Source: Candidatus Bilamarchaeaceae archaeon
GTDB taxonomy: Archaea > Micrarchaeota > Micrarchaeia > Anstonellales > Bilamarchaeaceae
Assembly: GCA_038851325.1 (NCBI GenBank)
Contig: JAWCKZ010000004.1
Location: forward strand, 1 to 64,000
DNA length: 64,000 bases
Reading direction: 5' to 3'
Shown here: positions 9,474-20,119 of the stretch, in pieces
Numbering within the stretch: position 1 is the stretch's first letter
How the letters are laid out: each line of letters starts with the position of its first letter
Made by a program: the position numbers and the translations under genes
Notes under the pieces: generated by a model
What the model was told of the DNA's origin: nothing
Database searches by the model: none
Seen by the model: the letters and a program-made list of their open reading frames with translations, nothing else

Positions 9474-10748
9474 TTACAAAAGTCTTGCTGCAAGTGCCTC
9501 TGCTGCGCCTTTTGCTTCTTCGTTTATTGCTTCTTCGTCTAAAGTAAGTACTTTTTTGTCCTTCATAACTATTTTGCCGTTTATGATAACATCACTAACG
9601 TTCTGCGGGCCTCCAGAGTAAACAATATTTGCAACCAAATCGTATTCTGGAAGAAGATTACCGCTTCTCTCAAGCAAAACAATGTCTGCGAGTTTTCCTT
9701 TTTCTATGCCCCCGCTGTTCAGTCCAAGCGCTCTTGCGCCATTTTTTGTACCAAACTCAAATATCTTTCTGAGCGGGATGGCATCTGCTTTCCAGTACTG
9801 ATGCTTTTGAAGAAGTGCGGCAATTTTCATGCTCTCAAACATGTTGAGAGAGTTATTACTAGCAGCACTATCTGTGCCTATCGTCACATTTGCTCCTGCA
9901 GCATCGAACTCACTTATCGGACATATTCCACCAGTTGCCAGTTTGAGATTGCTAACCGGGCAGTGACTAATACTTGCACCTTTTTTTCCTGCGAGCGCAA
10001 TCTCCCGCGTTGTTACCCATCCAGCATGCGCAAATATGCTGTTCTCATCAACGAGCCCAAGGGAATCCATATATTCGAACGGATATTTTCTCTTTGTGTT
10101 CAATATATCAAATACCTCCTTTCTCGTTTCGCTTAGATGAATATGAAACTTTAGACCCTCTCTGTTTGCCAACTCTTTTGCGTTGATGAGTAGTTCCTCG
10201 CTGCAAGTATACGGCGCGTGACAGGAGACGATTGGAATTACGAGGTCGTTTGTGCCTTTCCATTTCTTGACAAATTCTGTAGCTGCGGAAAGCTCTTTTT
10301 TCGTTTCTCTACCAGGCACCAAATCAAACATTGCGCGTGGAACAGATATACGAATTCCAGCCTCGAGTGCTGCCTTTACGGTCTCTTCAACATAGTAAAT
10401 GTACATGTCGTTGAAAGCAGTAACCCCGCTTTTTATACATTCAATAATACCGAGTAGGGAACCCCATCGTACATCTTTTGCAGATAGCCTCGCTTCCGCG
10501 GGCCATATTTTTTTCTGAAGCCACTCGTGTAGTGGAAGGTCTTCACCGTATCCACGAAGGAGCGTCATTGCTATGTGGGTATGAGTATTTACAAGTCCAG
10601 GAATCGCGATCTTTCCTCTTGCGTCTATCGTTTCCTCAGTCCTTTCCTCTATGTTTTTTCCGATCTCTTCTATTCTGTTTTCAACTATCAAAATGTCTCC
10701 TTTGAATATCTTCTCGGCAACGATCGTCGCATCTTTAATTAAAATCAT
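9474..10748 (-). CDS. mtaD: amidohydrolase, 5'-methylthioadenosine/SAH deaminase-like
   Basis: PGLVNTHTH, HIHLSET, HCPVSNLKL, GTDSAASNN. Confidence 0.85.
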   Translation of the reverse strand: MILIKDATIVAEKIFKGDILIVENRIEEIGKNIEERTEETIDARGKIAIPGLVNTHTHIAMTLLRGYGEDLPLHEWLQKKIWPAEARLSAKDVRWGSLLGIIECIKSGVTAFNDMYIYYVEETVKAALEAGIRISVPRAMFDLVPGRETKKELSAATEFVKKWKGTNDLVIPIVSCHAPYTCSEELLINAKELANREGLKFHIHLSETRKEVFDILNTKRKYPFEYMDSLGLVDENSIFAHAGWVTTREIALAGKKGASISHCPVSNLKLATGGICPISEFDAAGANVTIGTDSAASNNSLNMFESMKIAALLQKHQYWKADAIPLRKIFEFGTKNGARALGLNSGGIEKGKLADIVLLERSGNLLPEYDLVANIVYSGGPQNVSDVIINGKIVMKDKKVLTLDEEAINEEAKGAAEALAARLL

Positions 10749-10826
10749 GTGAAAAATTAGATGATTAAAATTAAAACTTTTTGGCGCACCGCAAGTTTTT
10801 TAAAATGTTATATAACATAGTATATC

Positions 10827-11420
10827 ATGGTTAAAATTTCGAGTGCAAAACCCCCAATCGCCGGAAAGAATGCAGTCCCACCGATTGCTCGATATATACT
10901 TCCGTTGGAAAAAGATGCTATCATGAAACGTGGTCCACTCATAAGTATGCACACTGAAAGTTGTGTGTCTGAACCTGTTGAAAAAAAGACAACTATTTAC
11001 AGTCCTACATTTGAACTTAGAAAAAAATATGTGTTAGACAATGCGCATGACAAAACTGAAGAAAGAATACTTACGCTTACCAAGATAGAAAGCGTCAATT
11101 TAGGGCTCGAAATTACTAAAGATCGCGCGCCGGTGTTTTTCATAAGAAATGAAAAGAATACAAATGAATTCAAAGTGCCTTATGGGCTATTTATTGAGCT
11201 AAGGCCAGACTTAGTTTCACGTCTCATCGATTTAAACCTACCAGAAATTCATTTATATTCGATATTTAGAACCGGAGAATTCAACCAGGTATTAAAGCCG
11301 CTTGCAGTTCAGCTTCTTCAAAAAATTAAATATCCAATTCTTAATACCAGGGTATTCATGCAAAAAGCTTCGATGGTGTTTAATGTTTCACAGATAGATA
11401 GAGTAGAGATAATAGATTAA
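10827..11420 (+). CDS. hypothetical protein
   Basis: 197-aa ORF filling the gap, with an AT-rich TATA-like upstream region. Confidence 0.65.
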   Translation: MVKISSAKPPIAGKNAVPPIARYILPLEKDAIMKRGPLISMHTESCVSEPVEKKTTIYSPTFELRKKYVLDNAHDKTEERILTLTKIESVNLGLEITKDRAPVFFIRNEKNTNEFKVPYGLFIELRPDLVSRLIDLNLPEIHLYSIFRTGEFNQVLKPLAVQLLQKIKYPILNTRVFMQKASMVFNVSQIDRVEIID

Positions 11421-11435
11421 TCAAAAACGATAGTC

Positions 11436-12179
11436 TCAACCATAGTGCGTCGTCTTAAATTCTCGTATTACTTCTTCAAGTTCCTTTTTTAGTTTTTTGC
11501 GCTTTCCCTCGCTTATTTTTATTGTATGGATTTTTTCGCTCCATTTCCCTATGGCCGCCATTATTCTCTGGAACGTCCTTTCGTTATCTGTATACTTTGC
11601 GTACTGAAGAAGAGCAGAAAGAGCATACGGTGAATTTGATTCTCCGAGCGCGTTTATTATAGAATTTCTCAGCATCAAATGGGCCTCTGTCTCTATTGCT
11701 GAGACTCTGCTGTAATGATATGTAAGCAGCTTTGCTGCGTCGTCGTTCTCGCTCATTTTACCTAGAAGTGTTATTATTTCCATTAGCCCTTCCGCAGACG
11801 TGTTGTAGTTGAACATAGCCCTATAGACTTCCATCCTTAATCGCGCTGGCTCATCGTGCGGATTTTTTGCTTTAAAGTAATCATAAACATGAACAGTCTT
11901 GAACTCAAAATATTGAGAGAGTGACTCATGAAGCATAAAGAGAATGAGCTGTCTAACGGTTTCATTTCCATCCTTGTAAAGTTTCAAAATATTTGTTACT
12001 GCTTCATTTTTAGAGTCCTCGTCCACTGCTACAGGATAAAATTTCAACGAAAAAATATTTTTCTCTATGTCTTTTACGATTTCGTCCATCGACTTCTCTG
12101 GAGATCTTTCGGTTTGTTTCTCTGTCTTTTTTTCTTCTTGCTCCCTCTCTCCCATAATACTCACGTCCTTGCCGTGCAT
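11436..12179 (-). CDS. hypothetical alpha-helical (HEAT-like) protein
   Basis: LRNSIINALGES..ALSALL HEAT-like segment; divergent from leuS. Confidence 0.65.
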   Translation of the reverse strand: MHGKDVSIMGEREQEEKKTEKQTERSPEKSMDEIVKDIEKNIFSLKFYPVAVDEDSKNEAVTNILKLYKDGNETVRQLILFMLHESLSQYFEFKTVHVYDYFKAKNPHDEPARLRMEVYRAMFNYNTSAEGLMEIITLLGKMSENDDAAKLLTYHYSRVSAIETEAHLMLRNSIINALGESNSPYALSALLQYAKYTDNERTFQRIMAAIGKWSEKIHTIKISEGKRKKLKKELEEVIREFKTTHYG

Positions 12180-12249
12180 CCAATCGCACGTACGTGTTAA
12201 GTAAAAAGAAGATCATGAATTTAAAAAGATTATCTAACACCCAATATTC

Positions 12250-14988
12250 ATGAATTTTCAAGAAATCGATGCCAAGTGGAATAGAATATGGCAGGAGAAA
12301 AAGTGTTTTGATGCAGAACCGAACGAAAAAAAGAAAAAGCTTATAACCGCTGCGTTTCCGTATCCAAATTCTCCACAGCACATCGGCCATGGAAGGACAT
12401 ACACAACTACGGATGTGTACGCTCGTTATCTCAGGCTCAAAGGCTATAATGTGCTCTTCCCAATGGCTTTTCATGTCACCGGTACTCCGATCATAGCAAT
12501 GGCTCAGCGGATTGCAAGCCGAGACCAAGAGATCATAAAGATTTTTTCCGAAATTTACGGCATTAGCAAGGAAAAAACAAAAACCCTTACTGACCCTGAA
12601 AAACTTGTGCTATATTTTTCCCATGAGATTGAACAAGGAATGCGGGAGATGGGATACAGCATAGACTGGAGAAGAAAGTTTTACACCTTTGATCGGAAGT
12701 TTAATGCATTTATTCAATGGCAATTCAGAAAATTAAAAGAACTTGGCTATTTAGTGAAAGGAGAGTATCCAATTGCGTGGTGCCCGAACGATAGACAGGC
12801 TGTTAGCGCGCATGATACAAAAGGGGATATAGACCCTGAGCTTGAACAGGTAACTGTGATAAAATTTCCTGCGGATGATGGAAGCGGCTCATTTGTTGTT
12901 ACCACTTATAGACCAGAAACTGTTTATGGCGTGACTAACATCTGGATAAACCCAAATGGAGAGTATGTAAGAGCAAAATTAAACGGAGAAATTGTGTATA
13001 TCGCAAAAAAAGCAGCAGAGATGATTGGTTACCAAGTCGAAATGGATATCCTTCAAGGTGTTAAAGCAGAACAGCTTCTGCGTGTGAAAGCAAAGAATCC
13101 TATGACTGGTTCTGTCGTTCCGATTTATCCTGCTACATTCGTGAAGGAAGATGTAGGTACAGGAATAGTGATGTCGGTTCCAGCGCACGCGCCCTATGAT
13201 TATCTTGCACTTCGCGACCTTGGAAAGGGCGATATAGAGATGCCACAGGTTATCGAACTTCCTGGTTACGGAAAGGCGCCGGCACGAGAGGTTGTTGAAC
13301 GGATGGGGGTAAAAAATCAAGATGACCCAATGGCGGAGAACGCAACAAATGAGGTTTATAAAAAAGAAGCACATGAAGGCAGAATGGCCGTAGGAAAATA
13401 CAAAGGAATGCCTGTCATCCAAGCGAAGGAAAAAGTTGCAGAAGATCTTATTTCTGAAAACAACGCATTAAAGATATACACGATTGCTAACGCTCCTCTA
13501 TATTGCAGATGCGGAGAGAGAGTTATTGTGAATATTCTTAAGGATCAGTGGTTTATTGATTATGGAAATCTGGAATGGAAGGAGAGAACACGAAACTGTC
13601 TCTCGAAGATGCGGATTTTGCCTGAGGAAACCCGCGCAGCCCTTCTCGCAACCATTGATTGGTTAAAGACAAAGCCATGCACGCGTGCAAAAGGACTTGG
13701 CACAAGATTCCCGTTTGATGAAAGCAAGGTAATAGAGGCGCTCTCGGACTCAACGATATATACAGCATACTACACGATAGCACATTTACTCTCTTCCTTC
13801 GATGAAAAAGAAATAAACGACGCGCTCTTCGATTATGTATTTCTAGGAAAAGGGAAAAAGAAAAAAGAATGGGAGCCACTTAGAAAAAGTTTTCTCTATT
13901 GGTATCCAGTCGATTCCAGGCATAGCGCAGGGGATTTGATAAGAAATCATCTTGCACTTTTCATCTTTAATCATACAGCGATATTTCCAGAAGAACACTG
14001 GCCAAAGCAGATAGTAACAAATGGTTTTGTGTTAATGGACGGCGCAAAGATGAGCAAAAGCATGGGAAACATACTACCGTTAAGAAAAGCCATTGCAGAG
14101 TATGGCGCGGATGTTATTCGTCTTTCAGTAGTATGTGGAGCTGACCTCCTCCATGATACTGACTTCAACAGAAGTGTCGCTGATGGAATAAGAAGCAGAC
14201 TGCTGTATTTCGAAGAATTACTAAAACGCTGCGATGAACGCAGTGAGAGACAACAGATAGACGCATGGTTATTGTCAAAACTTAACAGGAGGTTGAAGAG
14301 AGCAGAAGCACTTTATGAAGCAGTGGATTTAAGAGGGGTTGCAATGGAGCTCTTTTACGAGCTCACAAACGACTTGAAGTGGTACGCAAGAAGAACAAAG
14401 ACGATGAATTTAAGAGAGTTCTTCGAAAAGTGGACAACCGCAATTTCCCCGTTTGTACCGCATATTGCAGAAGAGTTCTGGGAAGCTCTTGATAAGAAAG
14501 GGCTCATTGTGGAGCAGGAATTCCCAGCGGTAGACGAAAAGGCAATAGATGATAAGCTGGAAAGAGCAGAGGAGTTCATAGCACAGACGGCAGAGGATAT
14601 AAATAGGATAATGGAGCTCATCGGGGCAAAAATGGGGAAAAAACCAGAGAGGATAACGCTTTGTGTGGCTGATGAGTGGAAACGCAGACTCTACAAAATA
14701 GCGAAAGAGCAGAAGGAAATTGGAAAGATAATGGCTGCTGCAAGGACAGATCCTGTGCTTGCACAGCATATGAAAGAGCTTCCAACTATTGCAAAACAAA
14801 TAATAAAAAATATTCACACACTACCCGAACCCATGTCTGAGGAAGCTGAACTTGCGATACTTAATGAAGCAGCAGAATTTTTTGAACGAGAGAGCGGTTG
14901 CACCATAATTGTCGAGAGGGAAAATGTCGTGGCGCATGAAAGAGCAAAAAATGCGATGCCGAACAAGCCTGCGATCATCATCGTTTGA
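12250..14988 (+). CDS. leuS: leucyl-tRNA synthetase (archaeal type)
   Basis: FPYPN..HIGH, TTYRPET, GTGIVMSVPAHAPYD, KMSKS. Confidence 0.97.
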   Translation: MNFQEIDAKWNRIWQEKKCFDAEPNEKKKKLITAAFPYPNSPQHIGHGRTYTTTDVYARYLRLKGYNVLFPMAFHVTGTPIIAMAQRIASRDQEIIKIFSEIYGISKEKTKTLTDPEKLVLYFSHEIEQGMREMGYSIDWRRKFYTFDRKFNAFIQWQFRKLKELGYLVKGEYPIAWCPNDRQAVSAHDTKGDIDPELEQVTVIKFPADDGSGSFVVTTYRPETVYGVTNIWINPNGEYVRAKLNGEIVYIAKKAAEMIGYQVEMDILQGVKAEQLLRVKAKNPMTGSVVPIYPATFVKEDVGTGIVMSVPAHAPYDYLALRDLGKGDIEMPQVIELPGYGKAPAREVVERMGVKNQDDPMAENATNEVYKKEAHEGRMAVGKYKGMPVIQAKEKVAEDLISENNALKIYTIANAPLYCRCGERVIVNILKDQWFIDYGNLEWKERTRNCLSKMRILPEETRAALLATIDWLKTKPCTRAKGLGTRFPFDESKVIEALSDSTIYTAYYTIAHLLSSFDEKEINDALFDYVFLGKGKKKKEWEPLRKSFLYWYPVDSRHSAGDLIRNHLALFIFNHTAIFPEEHWPKQIVTNGFVLMDGAKMSKSMGNILPLRKAIAEYGADVIRLSVVCGADLLHDTDFNRSVADGIRSRLLYFEELLKRCDERSERQQIDAWLLSKLNRRLKRAEALYEAVDLRGVAMELFYELTNDLKWYARRTKTMNLREFFEKWTTAISPFVPHIAEEFWEALDKKGLIVEQEFPAVDEKAIDDKLERAEEFIAQTAEDINRIMELIGAKMGKKPERITLCVADEWKRRLYKIAKEQKEIGKIMAAARTDPVLAQHMKELPTIAKQIIKNIHTLPEPMSEEAELAILNEAAEFFERESGCTIIVERENVVAHERAKNAMPNKPAIIIV

Positions 14989-14996
14989 TAGAATTG

Positions 14997-15836
14997 TTAA
15001 TACAGTCCAAGGAGCATTCCTGCAAGAAATGCCATAAACATTCCAAAGACGAGCGGCGGAAGTGCAGGTAGCACCATTCTTTTTTCCCAAACGAGGAACA
15101 AAAAGAGGCACAGGGCAGTAAAGGCCCCAAGAAACACGAATGCAGTTGCATAAAAGCCAAGAGGAAGAACAGAAACCTCCAGTAATATGGGTGCTATCAG
15201 ATCCCCGGTTCCAAGGTCTATCCTTCTCTCCTTTCCAGCCACAACCCCTTTCGCGGTAACAGTAAATGCAAGGTCTTTTCGTATCACAAAATTCGCAAAC
15301 TCGATCATGTGTTTTGTTATAAAAACAGACGCGTAGTCATATAGTGAAAGAAAAACTAGAAAGAGTATCGCTGGAATCGGTGCAAGCGATAGGCCGAAAA
15401 TAACGCCAACCCCTGCTGTCGCAAGCACAGCCGCAGTATTCTTCAGTAAAGGGGTTAATCTTTTCAGTATGGAGAGAATAAGCCCAAAAATGATGCCAGT
15501 TAGCATACTAATCTCATAACCGGAAACCACCCTCATAATCGAGTAGAAAACAATAGATGACGCCATTGCCACTAGGAAAAACTCCATAATCTGAAACACG
15601 ATATCATAAAGATGAAACATCTTTATCAAAAAGATCATCAAACCAGCGCCAATAAGGATGAGCGCAGCAAACAAAACTGCATTGAACGGATCAGATGTAT
15701 CTGTTGTGACCACCATTCCGCTTACGTATGGATTTCTTCCGTAATCATAGAGTACAACGATACCGGAGTAAACACCTAAAAGCTGCGATACGAGAAAAAG
15801 TAAAAGGAGTTTTGTGACTATGTGCATATCTCTCAC
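14997..15836 (-). CDS. presenilin/signal peptide peptidase family intramembrane aspartyl protease
   Basis: YD, LGTGD and PALP motifs; multiple TM helices. Confidence 0.9.
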   Translation of the reverse strand: MRDMHIVTKLLLLFLVSQLLGVYSGIVVLYDYGRNPYVSGMVVTTDTSDPFNAVLFAALILIGAGLMIFLIKMFHLYDIVFQIMEFFLVAMASSIVFYSIMRVVSGYEISMLTGIIFGLILSILKRLTPLLKNTAAVLATAGVGVIFGLSLAPIPAILFLVFLSLYDYASVFITKHMIEFANFVIRKDLAFTVTAKGVVAGKERRIDLGTGDLIAPILLEVSVLPLGFYATAFVFLGAFTALCLFLFLVWEKRMVLPALPPLVFGMFMAFLAGMLLGLY

Positions 15837-15871
15837 TTTATTTGGCGGCTTTTGTTTACGCCTACACGACG

Positions 15872-17917
15872 TTACTCACCCACTATCCGTATATACCCAT
15901 GCTCCTTCTCATATATATCTCCTTTTCTCAGAAGTTCACTGATTATTCGCTCTGCAGTTACTCTGTCTATACCGTATTGCTCAGCATCAGCGATAATTTC
16001 TTCTATACTTACACTCTCTTCACGATGAAGATGTTCACGTATGATGTCCATTATGGTATCGTACTTTTGCATCTTTTCTCTTATCGATTTTGGTTTTCCT
16101 GTTGTAACAACATCAACATCAAGCATACCAGTTTCTCTGTCTATCATTACCTGCTTCATTACATAATTGAGCAAAGAGACAGCGACCTCTGCATCCTCGA
16201 CCTCAACAGTATCGCTCATTCTCATCTTTGCATGCGCCTCTGCGAGCCTGACAAGACCTTCAAGGTATCTTGGTGTTATGGAAACGGCACCAGCATCTCG
16301 GCCCTTCCCCCTCAACGTTACATAAAATTCGCGAATCTTATCGGATGCTGCCTTTGTAAGTTTAGGCCTAAGATGTCTTCTAGCGTATGCAATGTATTTT
16401 CTGAGAAGAGCTCGGTCTATCAATGCGGTCTCGGTTTCTTTCTCATATTCTCCTCTGTGGCTCGATAGAATATACTCTGCCAACTTTGAGTCTTTCTCTT
16501 CATCAAGAACATCAACGATTGGAAAGATTAGATCAAATCTTGATAGAAGGGTTACTGGGATGTCGAACTGCTCGGCAAGGTTTCTGCTCTGGTCAAATCT
16601 ACCATACTTTGGATTTGCTGCAGCAAGGATGGCGGTTTTTGCCTTGAACTTTGCTATTATTCCTGCCTTCGCAACTGAGATGCTCTGTGTCTCCATAGCT
16701 TCGTGGAGTGCTGCGCGATCTTCCTCGTTTATCTTATCAAACTCATCAACCTCAACAATTCCGCCACTCGCAAGCACGACCGCACCAGCCTTGAGCGTCC
16801 ATCCGCCCTCTCCGAGCTCATCCTTCTCTGCGGAAACAGTCATGCCCGCACCGCTAACAGTCTTTCCACTTACGTATATACTCTTCGGTGCAAGTTCATT
16901 AACACTAAGGAGAAATCTCGACTTTGCGATTCCTGGGTCGCCGATCAGCAAAATGTGAATATCATCTCTTATCGGTGCACCGCCCTGCATCTGCTTTCCG
17001 CGCGTTCCACCGAAAAGCTGAAGCGCAAGTGCTTGTTTTACCTCTTCATGACCGTATATGGAGGGGGCTATGGATTTCACGATATGTTCAACAATGTGTG
17101 GATCCTTAGCAAGCTCAAGTATCCTCTGTTCATCTTCCTTTGTTATCTCTATTTCCTCAAAATCTCTTTTCATACTAGTGACAGAGTTTACTTCGATATA
17201 TCTTCCATACACCATCTCTTGTCTATGTCTAAATTTCTGTGGTTGTTTTAATCTCATGATGCCGCATATCTCTACGTTATCTCCTGGCGCAAATGAGTTA
17301 ACTAAGTCGTCTTCCAGGAGGAGTTCAACCTTAGCCGCAGGAGCGCCTCCTCGAACCTTCTCAAGTAACTCCTGTATCTCAGCTCGCTGCATGTCTATAA
17401 ACTCGCTGAGTTCTTCCACATGAACAAGCGCAAGTTTTTTGCAATCAGGGCATCTTTTTGGTGGTTTAAAATCCCTTGTCACTAGATGACTTTCCTGATG
17501 ATTACAGAGTTCGCAGCGGTATACTGCTTTTTTGATTTTATGCATAACCTCTGTTCGTTTTGTGACCACGCCTTTGAACGCTACAAATTCATTTATGTTT
17601 TCCGAACTCAGATGTTCTATTAACATGGTGTCAGATGGAAGGTTAAAAAAACGAACATGCGGCTTAAACTCAACCCCTCCAGGAAGGGCCGGCTTCTTTT
17701 CTATAAGCGCCTCCTCTGCCGCTTTTATGACAAGCTCTGGGATTTTTATAAGACGATCTGCCATTTCTGGATCGAATTTTTCAAGTTCCTTATAATCAAC
17801 CAAAAGGCTTTTTTTCTCAGGATAGGAAAGAAGAAGATCGTTTATCTTTTCAGCATAACTCAGTTTGAAGAAATCATGAAAAAAGGAACTCAGGGATGAG
17901 ACATCCTCTTCTGGCAT
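15872..17917 (-). CDS. mcm: replicative helicase MCM
   Basis: CxxC Zn finger, GDPGIAKS, VDEFDK, AAANP, SRFD; no intein-sized insertion. Confidence 0.97.
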   Translation of the reverse strand: MPEEDVSSLSSFFHDFFKLSYAEKINDLLLSYPEKKSLLVDYKELEKFDPEMADRLIKIPELVIKAAEEALIEKKPALPGGVEFKPHVRFFNLPSDTMLIEHLSSENINEFVAFKGVVTKRTEVMHKIKKAVYRCELCNHQESHLVTRDFKPPKRCPDCKKLALVHVEELSEFIDMQRAEIQELLEKVRGGAPAAKVELLLEDDLVNSFAPGDNVEICGIMRLKQPQKFRHRQEMVYGRYIEVNSVTSMKRDFEEIEITKEDEQRILELAKDPHIVEHIVKSIAPSIYGHEEVKQALALQLFGGTRGKQMQGGAPIRDDIHILLIGDPGIAKSRFLLSVNELAPKSIYVSGKTVSGAGMTVSAEKDELGEGGWTLKAGAVVLASGGIVEVDEFDKINEEDRAALHEAMETQSISVAKAGIIAKFKAKTAILAAANPKYGRFDQSRNLAEQFDIPVTLLSRFDLIFPIVDVLDEEKDSKLAEYILSSHRGEYEKETETALIDRALLRKYIAYARRHLRPKLTKAASDKIREFYVTLRGKGRDAGAVSITPRYLEGLVRLAEAHAKMRMSDTVEVEDAEVAVSLLNYVMKQVMIDRETGMLDVDVVTTGKPKSIREKMQKYDTIMDIIREHLHREESVSIEEIIADAEQYGIDRVTAERIISELLRKGDIYEKEHGYIRIVGE

Positions 17918-18085
17918 GCAATCAACCGCAAAACAACCTCAGGTTATAAGTAGATCTATTTTTCTGCAAGCGGTATTAAATCTTTTCGGATGGGGAAAAG
18001 GTTCAGTCCAATCCCAGATTCTTCTTGTGTATCTCAAACTAATATCAGACCAATATCAGATTAGCGTTAGGCCTTAATTCAGCAT

Positions 18086-18364
18086 TCAGACCCACACCAC
18101 CGTCTTATGCTTTTCATTGTAGAACGCCATCTTTCCAGGTATATTTGTTTTATTTACTATCATCTCTTTTCCAGCTCCGGTTTGGACTATCATCAGCCTC
18201 TCTTTCTGGCCTCCTTCAGGTATTATCAGAATACTATACTTTCCCTTAATCTCAGTTCCATCAAGCTTTTTGTATTTGTATACAATAACCCTCCCCTGGT
18301 AGAGGAGTATTCTGGCCTCTTTCTCTCCTTTTGAGGTTGTCGTTATCGTTTCCTCAGGATACAT
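18086..18364 (-). CDS. small hypothetical protein
   Basis: 92 aa; strong GGAGG RBS. Confidence 0.7.
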   Translation of the reverse strand: MYPEETITTTSKGEKEARILLYQGRVIVYKYKKLDGTEIKGKYSILIIPEGGQKERLMIVQTGAGKEMIVNKTNIPGKMAFYNEKHKTVVWV

Positions 18365-18445
18365 ACCAAACCTCCTTTTTAGTCTTGCTTACCATGTAAT
18401 TGTCACGTACTTTAACTTATATTTTAACTTAACTTATATTTTAAC

Positions 18446-19354
18446 TTATATTACTACTCTCATGTGATAAAAATCACCTTCTTCCCTGATTCTAGTTTTA
18501 ACTTTACACTCTCGATATCGCATCGCGTCTATGTCTTCAATCAAATGCTTTCCCAATATCCGTTCTACAAACTCTTTCTGCGGCTCGATTGTTGCATTCA
18601 AGCCCTGCGCTATGTAATGAAAATTTAGGTCTGTTGTTATCTGGCCTCCGAACTCCCGATAAATAGAAGCATTCCACATCTTCTGCGGCAGCTCTGTTAT
18701 GCTCGACGGAGAGGCAAAACCATAGTCAAAGATGTCAAGCCAACCTCCTGCTCTGAGGCCTTTTTTGCAAGTAAGAAGATGCTTCTTTGCATGTTCGTTC
18801 ACAGGTATGATGTATCCATTTGGCATTCTTTTCATGTATGCTCGAATGTCCCCATCTGCAAATTTTTTGAAGAAGTGTTTGCGGTCATCGATATAGAGCT
18901 CCTTAATTTCGCCATCATCATTCATCAAAAGCTTTGCAGGTAAATCGCTGTACAACTCATTCGAAAGTATGTAATCCGCATTCTTCACAAACGTTGGTAA
19001 GCCATCGTAGACGATTCCGTCTGTATTAAATCCAAATGCGTCCCCGCGTTTTACAGCATTCCTAACTAGTTCTTCTGAGATATCGCAAAGATGGTAAACG
19101 ATTCGCTCTGGAAAAGTTGCATCAAGCCGTCTCAATGATAACATAAACGATACAAAAAGCGTACCCGCGCCAATCCCCATCTCGTATATATTTATCGTTC
19201 CTTTTTTCTTGACTCTTGCATAAAAATCCTTTGCCAACGCGGATATAAAGTATTTATCACCAGCGAATGTTTTAAAGTCCTTCAAAAAATCCAGCCCGCG
19301 TGTGATGTAATATTTCTTATTTCTTTGTCGTTGGAATTCTTCAAAAGAGATCAT
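18446..19354 (-). CDS. SAM-dependent methyltransferase, MidA/NDUFAF7 family
   Basis: EMGIGAGT, SNELYSDLP, DYG, QITTDLNF. Confidence 0.8.
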   Translation of the reverse strand: MISFEEFQRQRNKKYYITRGLDFLKDFKTFAGDKYFISALAKDFYARVKKKGTINIYEMGIGAGTLFVSFMLSLRRLDATFPERIVYHLCDISEELVRNAVKRGDAFGFNTDGIVYDGLPTFVKNADYILSNELYSDLPAKLLMNDDGEIKELYIDDRKHFFKKFADGDIRAYMKRMPNGYIIPVNEHAKKHLLTCKKGLRAGGWLDIFDYGFASPSSITELPQKMWNASIYREFGGQITTDLNFHYIAQGLNATIEPQKEFVERILGKHLIEDIDAMRYRECKVKTRIREEGDFYHMRVVI

Positions 19355-19404
19355 GAATACTCTGAATTGGTAAGAAATTTAAATACTACCAGTGAATCTT
19401 ACTT

Positions 19405-19965
19405 ATGCCAATTAAAAAATATGTGCTGGACACTTCTTTGTTTGTCAATCCGAATGCGAGAAAGCAGTTCGGAAAGAGTCCCGACGAAGCTGTCCTACGC
19501 TTTGTAAAACTTGTAGGGAAAAAAGCGGATACGGAATTCTATATGACCCCACTTACCTTCAAAGAACTTCAAAATTTTATAAGAAGAAATACAGCAGAAG
19601 AACTTGAAACCGTGATAAAGAAACGTTCATCTAATCTCTACGCAATTTATCTCCCTGCCGCGGTGTTGTATAAATTCGTTGATAACATCCGCAATAGAAT
19701 AGACAAAGGATTAAGACTCGCAGAGCAGTTTGCGATAGACAACAGACCTGACAATGAACCAAAACTTCGGCAATTGAGGGACAAATATCGTGAGGCACTC
19801 CGCTCTGGAATTATTGATAGCAAAGAAGACTTTGAAGCACTGATGCTCGCGAAAGAACTGGAAGCTACTATCGTAACTGCTGATGAAGGCGCGATAAATT
19901 TTGCGAATGAAGTTGGCATCGAGTGGCTCAATGCAGCAAGGTTTTACAAAATTGTGAAAAAATAA
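19405..19965 (+). CDS. RNA-free RNase P (HARP, PIN-like)
   Basis: VLDTS, R.RIDKGLRLAE, LRDKYREALRSGIIDSKED, TADEG. Confidence 0.92.
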   Translation: MPIKKYVLDTSLFVNPNARKQFGKSPDEAVLRFVKLVGKKADTEFYMTPLTFKELQNFIRRNTAEELETVIKKRSSNLYAIYLPAAVLYKFVDNIRNRIDKGLRLAEQFAIDNRPDNEPKLRQLRDKYREALRSGIIDSKEDFEALMLAKELEATIVTADEGAINFANEVGIEWLNAARFYKIVKK

Positions 19966-20119
19966 CTTTTATTGCTCGTAAATTGAGGGTTAGCGCCCTA
20001 TTAAACACCCCGCACAGTTAACGATATACGTATAAATATTTTCAAACTTACATCATAACCATGTAATATTGTATCAGTAATCGTATTCAGGAGATGCACG
20101 TAATTAAGTGGTGTGAGTC

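Noticed and set aside
15842..17423. Several long plus-strand ORFs
   Set aside because: Antisense shadows of mcm with no protein-like motifs
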